32,842 nt of DNA from Ionaspis alba (taxonomy: Eukaryota), in assembly GCA_964255285.1 (NCBI GenBank), contig CAXUUL010000098.1, forward strand, positions 1 through 32,842, in the 5' to 3' direction. Under the pieces are notes generated by a model. That model made no database searches. It saw only the letters and a program-made list of their open reading frames with translations, and was not told the origin of the DNA. Both the position numbers and the translations under genes were made by a program. Below are positions 12,145-23,539 of the stretch, piece by piece; within the stretch, counting starts at the first letter, position 1; the number at the start of each line of letters is the position of its first letter.

Positions 12145-13210
12145 TCAGATAATGTCCCATACGTCCTCCGCTGCGTGGCAGAATTTGCTGCAGGCGACGC
12201 TCGCACTTAGACTGTAGTTGCTGATACTGATCGAGTCGTCTTTGAAGGCATCTGCAAAGTCATCTTTACCTTTAGCCATAGCTCCAACGAAAACACACAC
12301 GCTCTCTCTCGGGCCTAGATCAGCTATGTAGTCCCTTACTCTTACCACTTCTGCGTCGAAGCTGAGTGTGACCTTGCGGCAGTTGGGTGGGAGATGACTA
12401 GTGATCGGATTTTTGATGACTTTCAACAACTTCTCTTGTGAATTTGTTGAGCGAATGGAAAGTTTGTGTAGTAATTGGACCATTAGACCAGCGAATCGCT
12501 TGAAGGTACGGGGTATCCGGACAGTAGGACTGACTTCGATGAGAACGCCTTTAGCAGTATGAATGTAGATTTGTAGCTTGCCGGCTTTGTTGATCGGCGA
12601 GTCGAGGAGGGTGAGGAGGCACTATCCGAAGCTCAGTCTCGTTTCCTGCACGGCCAGAAATCATTATTATTGGAGTCGAAAGGGCAAACCTGGTGAGTGA
12701 TGTCTGGTCTGGCATCACTGATGTCGCGGTTCATCTTGCGCATAACTCCAATATGCTCATCGCTATTCAGCAAAGAGTATTTCTCATCCTTTATCGAGTT
12801 ATTCCTTCCACCATGTGATGCTTTGTACGTTTCGAGGCTGGCGTTTGAAAGTACGACAATGAGACGTTGGGTGTCCTTATCTGTCGAAGCAATCGGGACG
12901 TGTTGTTCGGCAACGAGTTGTGGTAGCTGCGGCGGAGGGCACGATTGAGTCCCTGTTGAATGGAGAACCATTTCCAGATCAGTTACAACTTCCTTCCACT
13001 ACCGAGCAAATCCCAGTGATTGTTGAAATCAGTGGTATTGACTGTCGTTGAGGTGCGATGTGTGGACGTGGGATAAAAATTCCAGTGAAAATGGTAAAGG
13101 AGGGGATATGTGGGGTAAGAGAAATCGAAGTTCAACACAGTGCCAAAGCAACCATGACGGAATGCAGACGCACGTATTCTCTTCTTCTCTCTGCCTTCAG
13201 GAGAGGACAT
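12145..13210 (-). CDS. EMG1: 18S rRNA pseudouridine N1-methyltransferase Emg1/Nep1 (SPOUT)
   Basis: Exons 13210-13174, 12952-12690, 12621-12145. Motifs [91 protein letters not shown]. Confidence 0.95.
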
Positions 13211-13676
13211 AATGGCTTTAGAGCTTTTTGAAAACTAGCTGTGATGTATCGGGGGCCGGCTGAAGGGTAAATGAGTCGCTCTCTGAGAATATGATTACAA
13301 AGAAAGAGGACTGGAAGCCTCTGATGATAACGTGAATGTATTCTAGAGAAGTTTGCACTTGACGGGCGAAAAATGTGTCAATATCTTGAACGTTGGGGAT
13401 ATTGGATATACTGTAGACTTGAGGAGGAGCTGTTATCGAAGATGGAGTATGTGTATTGAATTCGGGTGATTTATAGAGTGGTTCACCAATTGATACTAAA
13501 TCCTCCATGCTTTTCAGGGTCTTCTTCCACTTTACCTCACCAATCAAAACACTCTTTCTTCGTCCATGAATTATTTCGAATATCAGATCCTTCCAAGGTA
13601 GCTTTTCGCTCTATAGGACTCTCATGTTATGTTGAGAGTCAGGATAGTATGAATCCAATCTCTCTAACGTGCTAAG

Positions 13677-16328
13677 TCACGTCCCTGGCGGACTCCCGAG
13701 CCAGTCTGGCCTTTCCTCTTCCACCATGACTCCGCTGTTCCGACCAGCACTGCTCCCTTGACTGCTAGGTCTAGCAGGACTTTCAGACTTCCTAGGACTG
13801 CCGGATATTGATGCTACGCGCTGATTGAGATTGAAAGGTACTTGTATCGCAGGAATTACCATTTCATTGAACCTTTCCACTCCTGTTGCGATAACGGGGC
13901 CTGCTTCGGTCTTTGCTTCCTCTTCCACAGATTCCGCCGGTACGAGTTTCATCTGAGCAGTCCACCTCTGTATCAGCTGTCTCTTGAGACGCGACCACCC
14001 TCCTAAACCATCGAACTGATCTTCGGTATTTTCGGTCCGGATTGTTTTCTCAGGAGCACTCCAGTATACAATGAGCCACCATTTCCATCGCTGCAGCCTG
14101 CCTTGGGGTACAATATACGGGCGAGGCCCAGTGCGTGACCAAAGTAATGGATGTGCTGTAGCCAGTTGATAAAACAGTTGTTCGTATATCCCACGAGAAT
14201 AAGGAGTTTGTCGCGATCGCTGGATAGAGTGCTTGAGAATGAACCAAGAGGCCAAAACCACCACCATTAGTGGTACAGCTGATATAAAGAGCCACATAAT
14301 GCTAGGGTTGTTGGCAAAAGTGTCAACATTGGTTCCAAATACGCCCACAATGAAAGTCAGTGGCAGAAAGACGAAGGTGATGATGGAAACCAGATACATG
14401 CTCATGCTCATGTGCAGCGAGTGGCGTGAATCTCGAATGCCCACAGACTTGTACATCAGGTCAGACAAGTTGTTGATTGGCTTGACCAAGTCTTCTTGGA
14501 CAAGGTTGTTCAATTTCTCAAAGTCTCCGGGACTGGATTCGAGCCAATCCTCTGGTGAGTTGTCGGCTATTTCTCTGAGATTGGCCTGTAATTCTTTGAT
14601 TATCGTCTTGTGTACGAACATCAGGCGCTCCACAGTCAGAAACATGCTGCCGTTTATGATGAGTTCGTTCTGACGGGATTCATCCGCTGGTTCGGCATAG
14701 ATCTTGTCTTCGAGAATCCCCACGTGATGACTGGCAACGTCCAAAAAAGTGTCCCAGGATCCAGCTAAGGATTTCCAAACATCCTGTATTACTAGTTTTG
14801 CGCACATCAGCGCCATCTCCTCGTCGCTTGCGATGTCTTGAGACTCCCACGCAAGGTAGAATGGCAGCCGCCGCCACCTTGCTTCGATCCGACGACGTGC
14901 AGGAATCATCGTGTCTTCTATGGACCCGAACTGCGAATTCTCAAATATGATGATGGTATTGCAATTATCAAGGCTGTCTAACTGTGGGAAATATGCGTTG
15001 GGGCCACGGTGTGTATGATCATTCTCATATGGACTCGGAATGTCTGGATCGATAGGGATATCTGAGCTCAGCTCCTGATGCTGAATATAACAGCTCTGTA
15101 TATTGTCCGTTAGATACATTCTTGAGCTGGCAAGTCGATCAGGGCCGATGTCATACCACTCGCTGGGCGTAAACATCATATCCGTAAACGGGGACATCAT
15201 CTTGATCATACCAATTCAACTCCATCACTTTGTCGGAAGTATCTGGGTTGGCTTGGGCAGCGGGATCTCGAGCACGATAGGGTTTCAAGTAATCCATTCC
15301 AAAAGCACTGATTGAAAGCTTCCGCCAAGGATCGTGCACTGTCTTATAGGACTTAGCAGTCAATGAAGGTTTACCTCCATGGCGTCGTGGACGTTTGCAT
15401 TCGACAAAACGGGCAAAGTCAGTGCCAACCAGATCGTTCCTAGCATTGATGTTGAACTTGCGGAGTAGAAACTGAGTGGCCCAGTCGGCGTTCTGAACGT
15501 GAAATACCCGAAGCATAGCATCCTCTCGTCTCGATGGCTGAAGCTATTAGCCGGATTCGAAAAACAGAAAATGATATATTTACATTGTGGTAGAGCTTCC
15601 GGAGACCTTCAACATCTTCGATTTCTTGAGCTGCCACCTTTCGAGTGGCCTGACGAGGATCTGTTGACGAGTCAGCAAGAATTACTCGGATTTTTAGGGT
15701 GCAGTCAGACCATGTTTAATATAGTCCACTACAAGCACACGTCCTTTCTTTAGGTTTGCAGCGGTATAGTGCTTGTACCATTTCAAACCAGGACTCCTTG
15801 GCCTTGCATGCCAGGCTACTTTGATTTAAGCAGACCGTCTATGAGTGGGAAGTGGCAGCACGAACATCTCTGTTTGGGAGGGTAATGTAAATGGGGATCC
15901 TGAACGTGGTAACGATCTTCGAGGGTACTCCGAACTTCGGGTGCTGAATGGTTGGATCCTAAGATCATGATCAGCAATAGTCGCAGTTTCGGTATTACAA
16001 TCGTACCTCTACTTTCTGATCTCCCTTCTTGGCTGAATCTAGCTGTCGTGCTTAGATTTGGCCATCCGCCTGCTGGACTCCGCGGCTCCATGATTCTGCG
16101 TTATTTTGTCCATACACAAGTAGTGTAAACAGAGGAGGTAGAGAAGCATCTTCACTGTGATATGTACGGACTCGAAGAGTCACAGCTCCCGAGGCGGCAG
16201 GCAACCTGCCGTGCCTCGTGGTCATTCCCATGTCATGCGGCTCATTCATCAGTCACTAGCGCGCGGCAGGACAAACAAACATCTGTATCTACGCGAGAGA
16301 ATCGTGTAAACTTCGTCCTGGGCTTCAT
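13677..16328 (-). CDS. Fungal CorA-like (2TM-GxN) membrane protein; 5' exon structure uncertain
   Basis: Last exon 15095-13677 has a coiled-coil stalk then YLVSIITFVFLPLTFIVGVFGTNVDTF and a second TM (WLFISAVPLMVVVLASWFIL). Five clean upstream introns link it back to LSTTARF (~16050). The probable start MKPRTKFTRFSRVDTD at 16328 cannot be joined cleanly (see findings). Confidence 0.75.
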
Positions 16329-16768
16329 GCATATTGTTTTGTCTCCTTTCTCGCAAGGCTGGAGAAAGAATGATACAGAGGCTGATAGCTCGGTCGATCG
16401 AACCTTAAGAGATCTTGATGCGTGCTCATCCTACGGGGATATTCTGATTGTTTTCCATTCAGGGATTGTGTTCCGGATGACCCGAAGGACGAGCATATAC
16501 ATCACCCTTACGGCCGTTTGTGACACTGTAATGGCTCGTGTAGATTGTGCGGAATCTGTGTCTCTTTGGCGGTCTGCTTCGCTCCTGTATTCTTGGAGGA
16601 GACCCTTACCACGTCACTTGTTATTCAACACCCCGCAGTCTCCCAGCAGGCTTTACCCAGGACAGACTTTTGCTCAAACCGATATATACCACCTTCATGT
16701 GTCCATGAATGAAAATATACTCATCTCACTTTGCTCCCGTTTCTCGTGATCCTCTTAGGAATGGAACC

Positions 16769-17541
16769 ATGACCTCTGAACGAGACGCCGCAATCCTCGA
16801 GCACGGCTTTACCGCCGTGCCTCTCGACATCGACAAGTCACTCGAGCAGAATTCCAAACCCTTTGATCCACCCCAGACCCTCCTTGTGAAAGACCTCCCC
16901 TCCCCTTCGAGCCCCCTCATCGACAGCATCCAAGCCTTTGCCCGTGACAAACTCAACACCCAGACCTACAATCACTCCATGCGAGTCTACCATTACGGTC
17001 CTCCTTTGTTCCCCAAGCTCACAGATTCCATCCCTAACGGCCTCTAGGCCAAGCAATTCTAACCACGCATTTCCCACACTGGCAGGTCAATTCCACAACC
17101 TATCTCCTTACGTGTCTTCTCCACGACCTCGGTACCACAGCCGCCAACCTTTCGTCCACCCTCCTTTCCTTCGAGTACCATGGCGCACTTCTCTCTCACG
17201 CACTCCTGACCCAGCATTCATGCCCACAAGCTCAAACAGAAGCCGTAGTCGAGACCATCATCCGTCACCAAGACATCGGCACCACAGGCACCATTACCAC
17301 TCTGGGCCAGATTATCCAGCTAGCGACCATGCTGGACAATATCGGTGCGCACGCGGAACTCGTGCATAGAGCTACTGTGGAGGATGTAGTCACCAAGTGG
17401 CCGAGGATGGGATGGAGTGGATGTTTTGCTGGAGTAGTAAGGAAAGAGATGGAACTAAAGCCTTGGGCGCATACAAGTGCATTGGGAGAGGGGCTTGCGG
17501 ATGCGGTGGAGGGGAATGAGGTTATGGCTGCTTGGGATTAG
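16769..17541 (+). CDS. HD-domain cyanamide hydratase (urea hydro-lyase, Ddi2/3/CAH-like)
   Basis: Exons 16769-16997 and 17048-17541 (GTCCTC..CTAAC..TAG). Motifs TYNHSMRVYHYG, TCLLHDLGTT, LSFEYHG, AVVETIIRHQD, LGQIIQLATMLDNIG, WPRMGWSGCF, EMELKPWAHT. Confidence 0.87.
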
Positions 17542-17856
17542 GTCAAAGACGAGTTTGTTCAGTTGAGATGATATATTCTCCTGGAAAGGGGGCAGTGATC
17601 GAAGGGATAGTTGGGTACGACATGAATACTAAGGGAGCCGATTGTTAGCCAGAGGGTTGGAGAGGGCACTGGGATGGAGATGTACCATTGATGGATAGGG
17701 TTCTACAGATGTAGGATATTTTTACTCGCAGAAACTTCTTCGCGTTCCCAGCCTATCCATGTATTCCCAAAACGTCAATGCTGGCAAATATCGTACCTCC
17801 CGGCTTGTACACATGCCAATCATAACAGCGTGATCATCCCCGAGACGATTACCTCT

Positions 17857-19493
17857 TTATACATCCAACATACTCTTCACCTGCTGCGGTCGACTCCGAC
17901 TCGCCGTCGTGCTGATCGTCATCTGACTCATCGCTCGTCCCGAGCTCTCGCTGTCCGACAACGACAGAGCAGGTCTTTGAACTGCGTCATCAGCACTCAG
18001 ATGTCTATCCCTTGCCGAATCTTCTTCGCGATCTCGGAACGGGTTCTCGTTCTGACTGTCATCTCGAGGACGAATGGGCATATTCCCCAGCTCGATCTGC
18101 CTTTCAAGATTCCGGCTTGTAGCCCTCCCTCCTCCAATTTCTCTTGTCATATCTTTCAGCCCCTGTGCAGGCGACATGCGATGTTGGAAGCCCAAGCCTC
18201 CGCCCCACCACCAGGGCCGTCGATGACGGGGATATCCGATCTCGGCATCTATAGTATGGCCCCGCTCGATACGTTGGCGAATGAGCTCTCGATCTTCGTT
18301 TGGGTCGACGAAGCCGAAGACCTCGTTGACGACGATGATGAGTACGATGGGCGCATAACCTAGACCATAGAGCCATCCTTCATTGTTGTTAAGCTTTCCA
18401 AAGTTGAGGTCCCAGAGGAAAGAGCTAGCCGCAGCGTAGGCAACCACAACCAAGAGGAGAGGTATCGTCAGAAGGAACCTCAAGGGAACGGAACGCCAGA
18501 AACCTATGAATCGACTGAAGACTCCGCGATTGCGTGGTTTGTAGAAATGGACAGAATGGTGCAACGAGTAACACATCGTGCACCAGGCAGCAAAAGCAAG
18601 GAAAGCGGCTGCTTTAAAACGGACGTCTGTTGCATTAGGCTTGGCAATGTCATTGACCTGTTGATTTGTAGTCTGGGCGTCAAATGGAGTCCAATTCCGA
18701 GGAATATTCATGAAAAAATTCTGTGGAGGGCTTCAGCATCTGCCAGCACTTTACTGCTGGAAGAACTCACAAGCCAAGCGAAGAGGTAGAATATCAGAGG
18801 CATGTAGAACTCTTCCCTTGACCTCCTATCGTTTTGACGCAACGCGTTCGGATCTTGGTCGTAAAGTTGACGTTCTTGCCAGGAGCCCCTGGTAGCATTA
18901 TCAGTCATGCAGCACTACAACGGGGTGTCCTTGGCCTACCAATGCCGTACACCTTCCCACACAGTAGCCAAGATACCAGGCATCATCAAATAGAAAAAGA
19001 AATTCTGAAGAATGATAGCAAGACTCTGAAGATAGTCCCGGTCCACGTCAACGGCCGAAACGCAACTGATGATACCGCAAGCAGCAACAAAAAGCATCCA
19101 ATACCACTGCCATCGCCTTCCAATGGCATGGAACCTCTTCTCGTTCGGTAGAAATAACTTTCCATGTTTCCGCAGATTCACCAGTGTAAACATGATCGAT
19201 GCAGCGAAGAAGCATGCGAACACAATCCCTAAACTCCCCCTCTTCTGTATGCCATACCATGGATAGTAACATGTCGTCCCGTTGATGAATGTTCCGTTCG
19301 ATAAGAGCACTGGATGCAATTGCGGGAAGGTGAGGTAACAGTCTGAGCCGTTGGACAGCGTGTGATTATCGTAGAGTGTGTAGTTCCAGTAATTCAGAGT
19401 CGTTCGATTGAAGTGCGCTCCATTGATGAGGACGTCGGAGGAGTTCTCACCCTGTGGGAAGGATAGCTCTGCCCGAGGGTAGAAGAGATGCAT
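17857..19493 (-). CDS. Conserved fungal multi-TM membrane protein (DUF2434-like)
   Basis: Exons 19493-18940, 18888-18771, 18720-17857. Motifs HFNRTTLNYWNYTLYDNHTLSNGSDCYL, LRKHGKLFLP, GRRWQWYW, DVDRDYLQ, WEGVRHWGSWQERQ, NEDRELIRQR; several TM helices. Confidence 0.82.
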
Positions 19494-20549
19494 TATTGCT
19501 GTTGAGGAGCAACGGACCCCAGATTCAAACAATATAGAACACGGCTATGTCCCGCTTTAAGGTGCGGCCTGATACGAATATCGCTCAAATGATGCGTAGC
19601 ATAGGATTGATCTTGATCTTTCAGAGGGGTGTACCAGACGCGGATTCGAAGGATCATGCGATATGTAAGCCGGCCCTGCCGGAAAGCCTTTCGATGGTTT
19701 GGCACATTATCAAATGGCCTGCCGGGGTCAGTCTTGTGCTAAGTGAGGAAGAGAAGACGCGCTGTCACAGGATCTACCTTTGGAAGCAGAGCCTTAGTGT
19801 ATGTACAATGCTTTTCGAGCAACTGAGCCACTGTTTGCCTAAAGCGTATGACGCCCTTCAGTGTCGGACGTCGGGGTCTGGGGATCCGTCATTCCGATGA
19901 GTGCTGAAAGAAGACAGCACCTCGCAATATTTAGCGGCCTGATCGTAGTGAAAAGCCCATTTTCGTCGCTAAAGCTCGGGTGGTTTAGTCTACTAAACAT
20001 TAACGACGCCCCACTCCTTGGAAACGGCTTCACGATTTTGTAGCTGACGTTTACAATTACCGTCGCTTGAGGTTATTCGATGCAAGCTCTAGACAGTGCT
20101 ATATGTATGTATGGGCCACCGTTCCACGATGAAGACTGGGAAGAGGTTTCGTCCCATGTTCCTTCAACCTGGTCGCAGTTGGCTACAGATCTCTACCCTT
20201 TCCGGAGAATATCATAATTGACTCGATTTATGGTTCAGCGAGGTCTCAATAATGCCCAATCTCCCCTCTTCTTAAAATGTGTCGAGAGGATTCCACAGTG
20301 ACTCAAGTTTCCCCTCGTAAGGACAGGCAATTCCGTAGGCAGCAGGAGCCCTGCGCCGCATCCAACCATCGAGTCGATCGTGCATAAGCAGGTGAGTGGA
20401 AGTGCTAACTGAAACATCCTGTTGCTACTCAGGATCAGAATTGTGTCCCTTCCTAGCAACATAAAAACCGCTTGCTATTCATTTGATCTTTCGAATTCAC
20501 TCCTTCATACTATCTACTCTAGGTCCAAGAGATATATCTCTCCTTCACC

Positions 20550-21383
20550 ATGCATACACTCAGGACTCTTGAAGGGAACACAATCGAAGAGATGCTGAAT
20601 CCGCCCTTCCGGAGTGTGAACTTTGATGACGAAGCTGCCATCGTTCAGGTCAGCACCCATCTACGGCTCGCGTGGACTGCTCTACCAGGCGACGATACTT
20701 CCATCGATGCCGTGGGATGGTTTACGAGAGATAGCAGTTACCGGACAGACGAAGAACGGAAGCTAGTTCCACAGAATCCTAACAAGGACGACTATCGTAC
20801 TGCTTGGCGGGAATCTGTTTACCACATGTGGAATCATGTCTTCTACGATGTGATGCGTTTCCTACCTGAAGTGGGCATGGGCGTGGGACATATCCATCCG
20901 CCATCCCATGACGCTTTTGCAATGGATTATCCTCAGGTTGGGGACAGTAATGGGAGCGTTGCGGTGAAGAAGAAATGGGACACTAATGTGTTGATCGTCC
21001 CGGCTTTTTTGGAACCTGGTGTCTCGATTCGAATGTTTGTTAGTCAAGCTAGCGAGAACGGGCAGTCGCAGAAAACGCTGGGATCTTTCGACGGTTTCAA
21101 TACCGCTGATATCTGGTGGCTTAAGAGTGGCGTTGAGGTGTGCTTTTATGTCGAAGGTGACTACGAGAAAGATCGCAAAGGCGTCGCTGCGGTCTTGGTC
21201 TACGGGATACTATGCATGGAGAATAGCGGAGCAGGGAAGAACGTCAACAGGGCTGCCGTCGACACAAAGGACAGAAATGGCGAAACTGGAGATGGAAAGG
21301 ATGCATTGATCGTAGAACGCCTGAAGGGGGCTCGGATCGTCGGAGTTGGTCCAGGATCGCAGGAGCACGGCAACGCCGCCTGA
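20550..21383 (+). CDS. Hypothetical protein, 277 aa, single coding exon, no family recognised
   Basis: ATG in ttcaccATG context after a CT-rich leader; long uninterrupted ORF with globular composition. Confidence 0.65.
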   Translation: MHTLRTLEGNTIEEMLNPPFRSVNFDDEAAIVQVSTHLRLAWTALPGDDTSIDAVGWFTRDSSYRTDEERKLVPQNPNKDDYRTAWRESVYHMWNHVFYDVMRFLPEVGMGVGHIHPPSHDAFAMDYPQVGDSNGSVAVKKKWDTNVLIVPAFLEPGVSIRMFVSQASENGQSQKTLGSFDGFNTADIWWLKSGVEVCFYVEGDYEKDRKGVAAVLVYGILCMENSGAGKNVNRAAVDTKDRNGETGDGKDALIVERLKGARIVGVGPGSQEHGNAA

Positions 21384-21639
21384 AGCTCTACCGCATTCAA
21401 TGGGTCAGCTGGTTAGATATAGGGTAGCCCCTGTGCAAGATGAACGAGAAGGCAAGAGAGTCTCTCGCAGTCACGATATTTTCGTTAAATCGATGTTCTC
21501 TCTGAACTCATCACATTAAAAGACACTGCTGAGACTTGAAAACGAATCTAACGCCCAACACCGCTCGAAAACGTCGCACTGTCTATTATTTCTGGGCAGC
21601 CCACCCTAAAGCCACACGTCCGATAAATTTTCAGGTCTT

Positions 21640-22822
21640 TCAATTCCCGGACTTGCCCTCGGCTTCCTCAATCTCATTCATCCTTTCCATTGCAAGCTTA
21701 GCGCGTTGTCCAGCCTCCTGCCCAACCTGCTCGCTTAGCTCCCCGAATCGCATTTTCCAAAAATCCCATCTCTCTTTGCAGAAGCCTTCTCCCTTCCCTG
21801 TGTACAGGATTCCACGCTCCGGCCTTGGTTGATCGAACGGCTCGCAATCTTTGTGGCAGTTGTGGCCGGTGGATACCGCAAAGAAGACGTCTCCGCTCTG
21901 GATAATCCACTCTGCTGCGACGATGAGGTCACACTCTGCAAGCATCTGGGCCCGATCAGAGTGCTCGAGACCAAAGACCAGCTCTGTAAAAGGCCAGTTG
22001 CTATTCCAGAATGCTAGCTCTTTGTGGAAGAGCCTGGCTGCAAAAGAATTGAAGTTGAACCATCTTCGTATGCTATCCTCTGATGGAATTCCGGGCATAT
22101 CTCGTGAAGGTGCTATCGGATTCAGCAATTAGCTTCTATTTTGACTGTTTATGACCTCGACAGGGGTCGTCAGACAAAGAGACAGGAAACTTACAAGCAG
22201 CGTCTTCCCATATAAGTAGCCCAAACAACGGTAAATCTGTCCAGACGCAACAATCACTCTGTTACAACCCTTGTCAGCCATAGCTTTAGAGCCTTCAACA
22301 AGGAAAGTGGCATTTATTTACATAACAGATGCAATAAGTCCCTAACGAGATTCGACTCAGCTCCTCCACCATCAGTACCAAATTTGATTGGCCTTCAGGA
22401 TGATTGTACGGCACAAGATCGGCGACCATCTCCAGCATTGACCAGAAAAACCACAAGAAGGTCTCTGCTTTTTCCCCGGTCTTGTGGCGTTTCATGTACG
22501 CCTTTTTGGCGCTGTCGGAGGCATTCGATGGTTTCGCTTTACTAAGGTCCTCTCCTTTGACAAGGTCCGTTTCATCACGTTTGCCGTCTTTCTCTTGTTC
22601 TGTGTCCGGGTCGGTTTGATCTTCTTCATCCTTAGCCGGTGTGGACACGAACTCTTGAAATAGTAAGTTGGCCTTATGTGCTGCCGTGGCCGGAGAAATT
22701 TTGCAGCTATCGCCGTCAGGTCTTAGAAGAGCGCTCAAGATGTCAAGCACCCGCAGATCCCTGTCTGAAAGGTCCTTGTCCTCTGCGAGAGACGAAAGGT
22801 CAATCGTTTCCGTGCTCGCCAT
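21640..22822 (-). CDS. DUF3632-like alpha-helical protein
   Basis: Exons 22822-22322, 22258-22195, 22112-21640 (an alternative in-frame ATG lies at 22837). Motifs FLWFFW, LVPYNHPEGQSNLV, VWTDLPLFG, WFNFNSFAARL, VAAEWIIQSG, GFCKERWDFWKMRF, AMERM. Confidence 0.82.
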
Positions 22823-22927
22823 GTTTGCACTTTGCATTCATGTATGACAGCGGCGTCTGGGAATGTTTCGGTAAATATCTCACACTACTGCGTCGTACTT
22901 TGGTTCTGGATCCTGTTTCGCTCGAGA

Positions 22928-22956
22928 ACGATCTTAGACTACGATCTTAGACTACG
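22928..22956. repeat. 13-bp perfect tandem duplication (ACGATCTTAGACT)x2 + ACG
   Basis: acgatcttagact acgatcttagact acg read directly, ~105 nt upstream of the DUF3632 ATG. Confidence 0.8.
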
Positions 22957-23110
22957 GGAGCACGAGCTCTTTTAAGTCCAAAAATTTCTCTGCACTCATT
23001 TGGGGCACCATACCTGTTTCCGCTTGCAGCATTCCAAGGTAAAACAATGCAGACGCAAACATCCACCGTCCTTTGTTGCCCTAGGCTGAATTCGTCTGCT
23101 TATCGAGTTT

Positions 23111-23398
23111 CTTTATACTCTTTATGAACGGCTATGTCTCAGACACTCATGTCCCAATGTATACATTCATTCCACCGGCAGTTTGGGGCCAGGAGCCCGG
23201 ACCTCCTCCTCGGTCGGAGCTGTTGCACTGTCGAACAGGGTGTCTAGGGGTCTTGGAGAGGTAGATGTTCTCTTTGCTGGTATCTGAGCTGAACACTTTG
23301 TGTTAAACATATCTCCAAGACACGAAAAGTGCTGTATTACTTCAAGTCAGATAGATGAAGAGGATCCGCCTAACAATTCTATCTGCCTATCTATAAAG
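23111..23398. promoter_or_regulatory. Divergent promoter with two outward-facing TATAAAG boxes
   Basis: TATAAAG on the minus strand at 23117-23111 (towards DUF3632) and on the plus strand at 23392-23398 (~140 nt before the RNase ATG at 23540). Confidence 0.45.
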
Positions 23399-23539
23399 CA
23401 GGGCATTTTCGCCCACCTGATGATGCATTTCTCCTGCTCTTCATACACTCTAGTAGCCGGCCTTACAGATCTTCATTCAATTTGGACAAGAACAGACGGC
23501 TCCCGCAGACAGAACAGCCATCAAAAACCGAGACCTCCG

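Noticed and set aside
13218..13547. 109-aa ORF between the CorA-like gene and EMG1
   Set aside because: Non-ATG start in the track, no recognisable motif, overlaps the expected UTR and promoter.
16162..16749. 195-aa plus-strand ORF
   Set aside because: Antisense to the CorA-like 5' region and spans the divergent promoter; no protein-like motifs.
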